A stretch of 64,000 nt of DNA. Source: Trichosphaerium sp. ATCC 40318 (Eukaryota; Protista; Tubulinea). The notes below the pieces were generated by a model, which had not been told where the DNA came from, did not search any database, and was given only the letters and a program-made list of their open reading frames with translations. The position numbers were made by a program, and so were the translations under genes. How positions within the stretch are numbered: the first letter of the stretch is position 1; each line of letters begins with the position of its first letter. The stretch spans positions 1 to 64,000 of the forward strand of contig JALMLS010000627.1 of the NCBI GenBank assembly GCA_038496445.1, in the 5' to 3' direction. Shown in pieces: positions 63,483-64,000 of this stretch.

Positions 63483-64000
63483 ATGAGCACAAAGAAATCA
63501 GCAAAAGCAAAGCACATCAAGCCCGCTAGTGACTCTTCTACGTCCAAGCGAAAGAAATCAAACCCTCCAAAGCCTTCAATGGATGTTACTAGCAAAACGA
63601 AAGAAGACAAGCTCGCTGCTACGCTCAATACGGTAAATCCAGCACTGGAAGCGTACGCAGATAAGTTTTCGAATGAAACAGAGCAATCAAAACCAAAACA
63701 GCACCGTAACTCGAATAAACCAGCAAGACTACAAAATCAAATGTTTCAGACCGTTTGGGACGCTTTAGACGAAGATGATGGTAAGTTACAGCTTTTAAGC
63801 GATTAGCGCGTTTTCTCGCCACTCAATGTCGTTTTGTGCGTTTTTGAGCAATAGCCATGTTTGTAGTTATTAAAAGGGCAAACTAAAAAACGGCAGTAGC
63901 ACACCTCTCTTATTTGGTGAAACGCGCTTTGCTAATTTTACCTCACTTTGTCTGTAATACTTATTTCGCTTATAGAGCGCATCGCTGTTGAGATGAGTAA
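63483..64000 (+). CDS. 5' part of an unknown spliced gene running off the window
   Basis: 99-codon Lys/Ser-rich exon ending at a GTAAGT donor (63781); candidate acceptor TATAG near 63975. Confidence 0.55.

Noticed and set aside
1-64000. tRNA, rRNA or telomeric repeats
   Set aside because: None recognised by eye; a tRNAscan-SE or Infernal run would be needed to exclude small RNAs.

Overview
Eukaryotic nuclear DNA (standard code) from a protist with many short, mostly ~40-60 nt GT-AG introns. It is probably an amoebozoan; that is an inference from the sedolisin, the Cys/His-domain TKL kinase and the divergent alpha-tubulin. Because of the introns the ORF track fragments most genes and misses some (Mago, most of BolA, the myosin fragment). 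There are three zones. (1) 1-2.05 kb: MITEs, minisatellites and a microsatellite. (2) ~2.1-42.2 kb: a very compact block of 18 spliced genes: 3'-truncated TPP1-like sedolisin, Mago nashi, Aurora kinase, Prx5, uL22m, VPS13B, WDR74/NSA1, NDUFA6, PheRS-beta, RER1, BolA2, eIF3h, ankyrin/TKL kinase, ADP-ribosylglycohydrolase, CDK1, MDH1, pirin-like, and an aegerolysin-like/HR1/5xSH3 adaptor. (3) 42.3-64 kb: an accessory zone with decayed Gypsy, LINE and PIF/Harbinger-type elements, a 432-bp foldback, a ~207-bp tandem array, intron-retaining host-gene fragments (myosin, alpha-tubulin, sialate O-acetylesterase x2, glycosyltransferase) and orphan genes. Best leads: the aegerolysin-like/HR1/SH3 fusion, a CheD/CNF1-like Cys-His orphan enzyme, a spliced F-box-like/MORN-variant/H1-like fusion gene, and a U12-type-looking intron in Mago. 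All calls come from manual translation and motif recognition; no database searches were run. Several small indels in essential genes suggest assembly errors.
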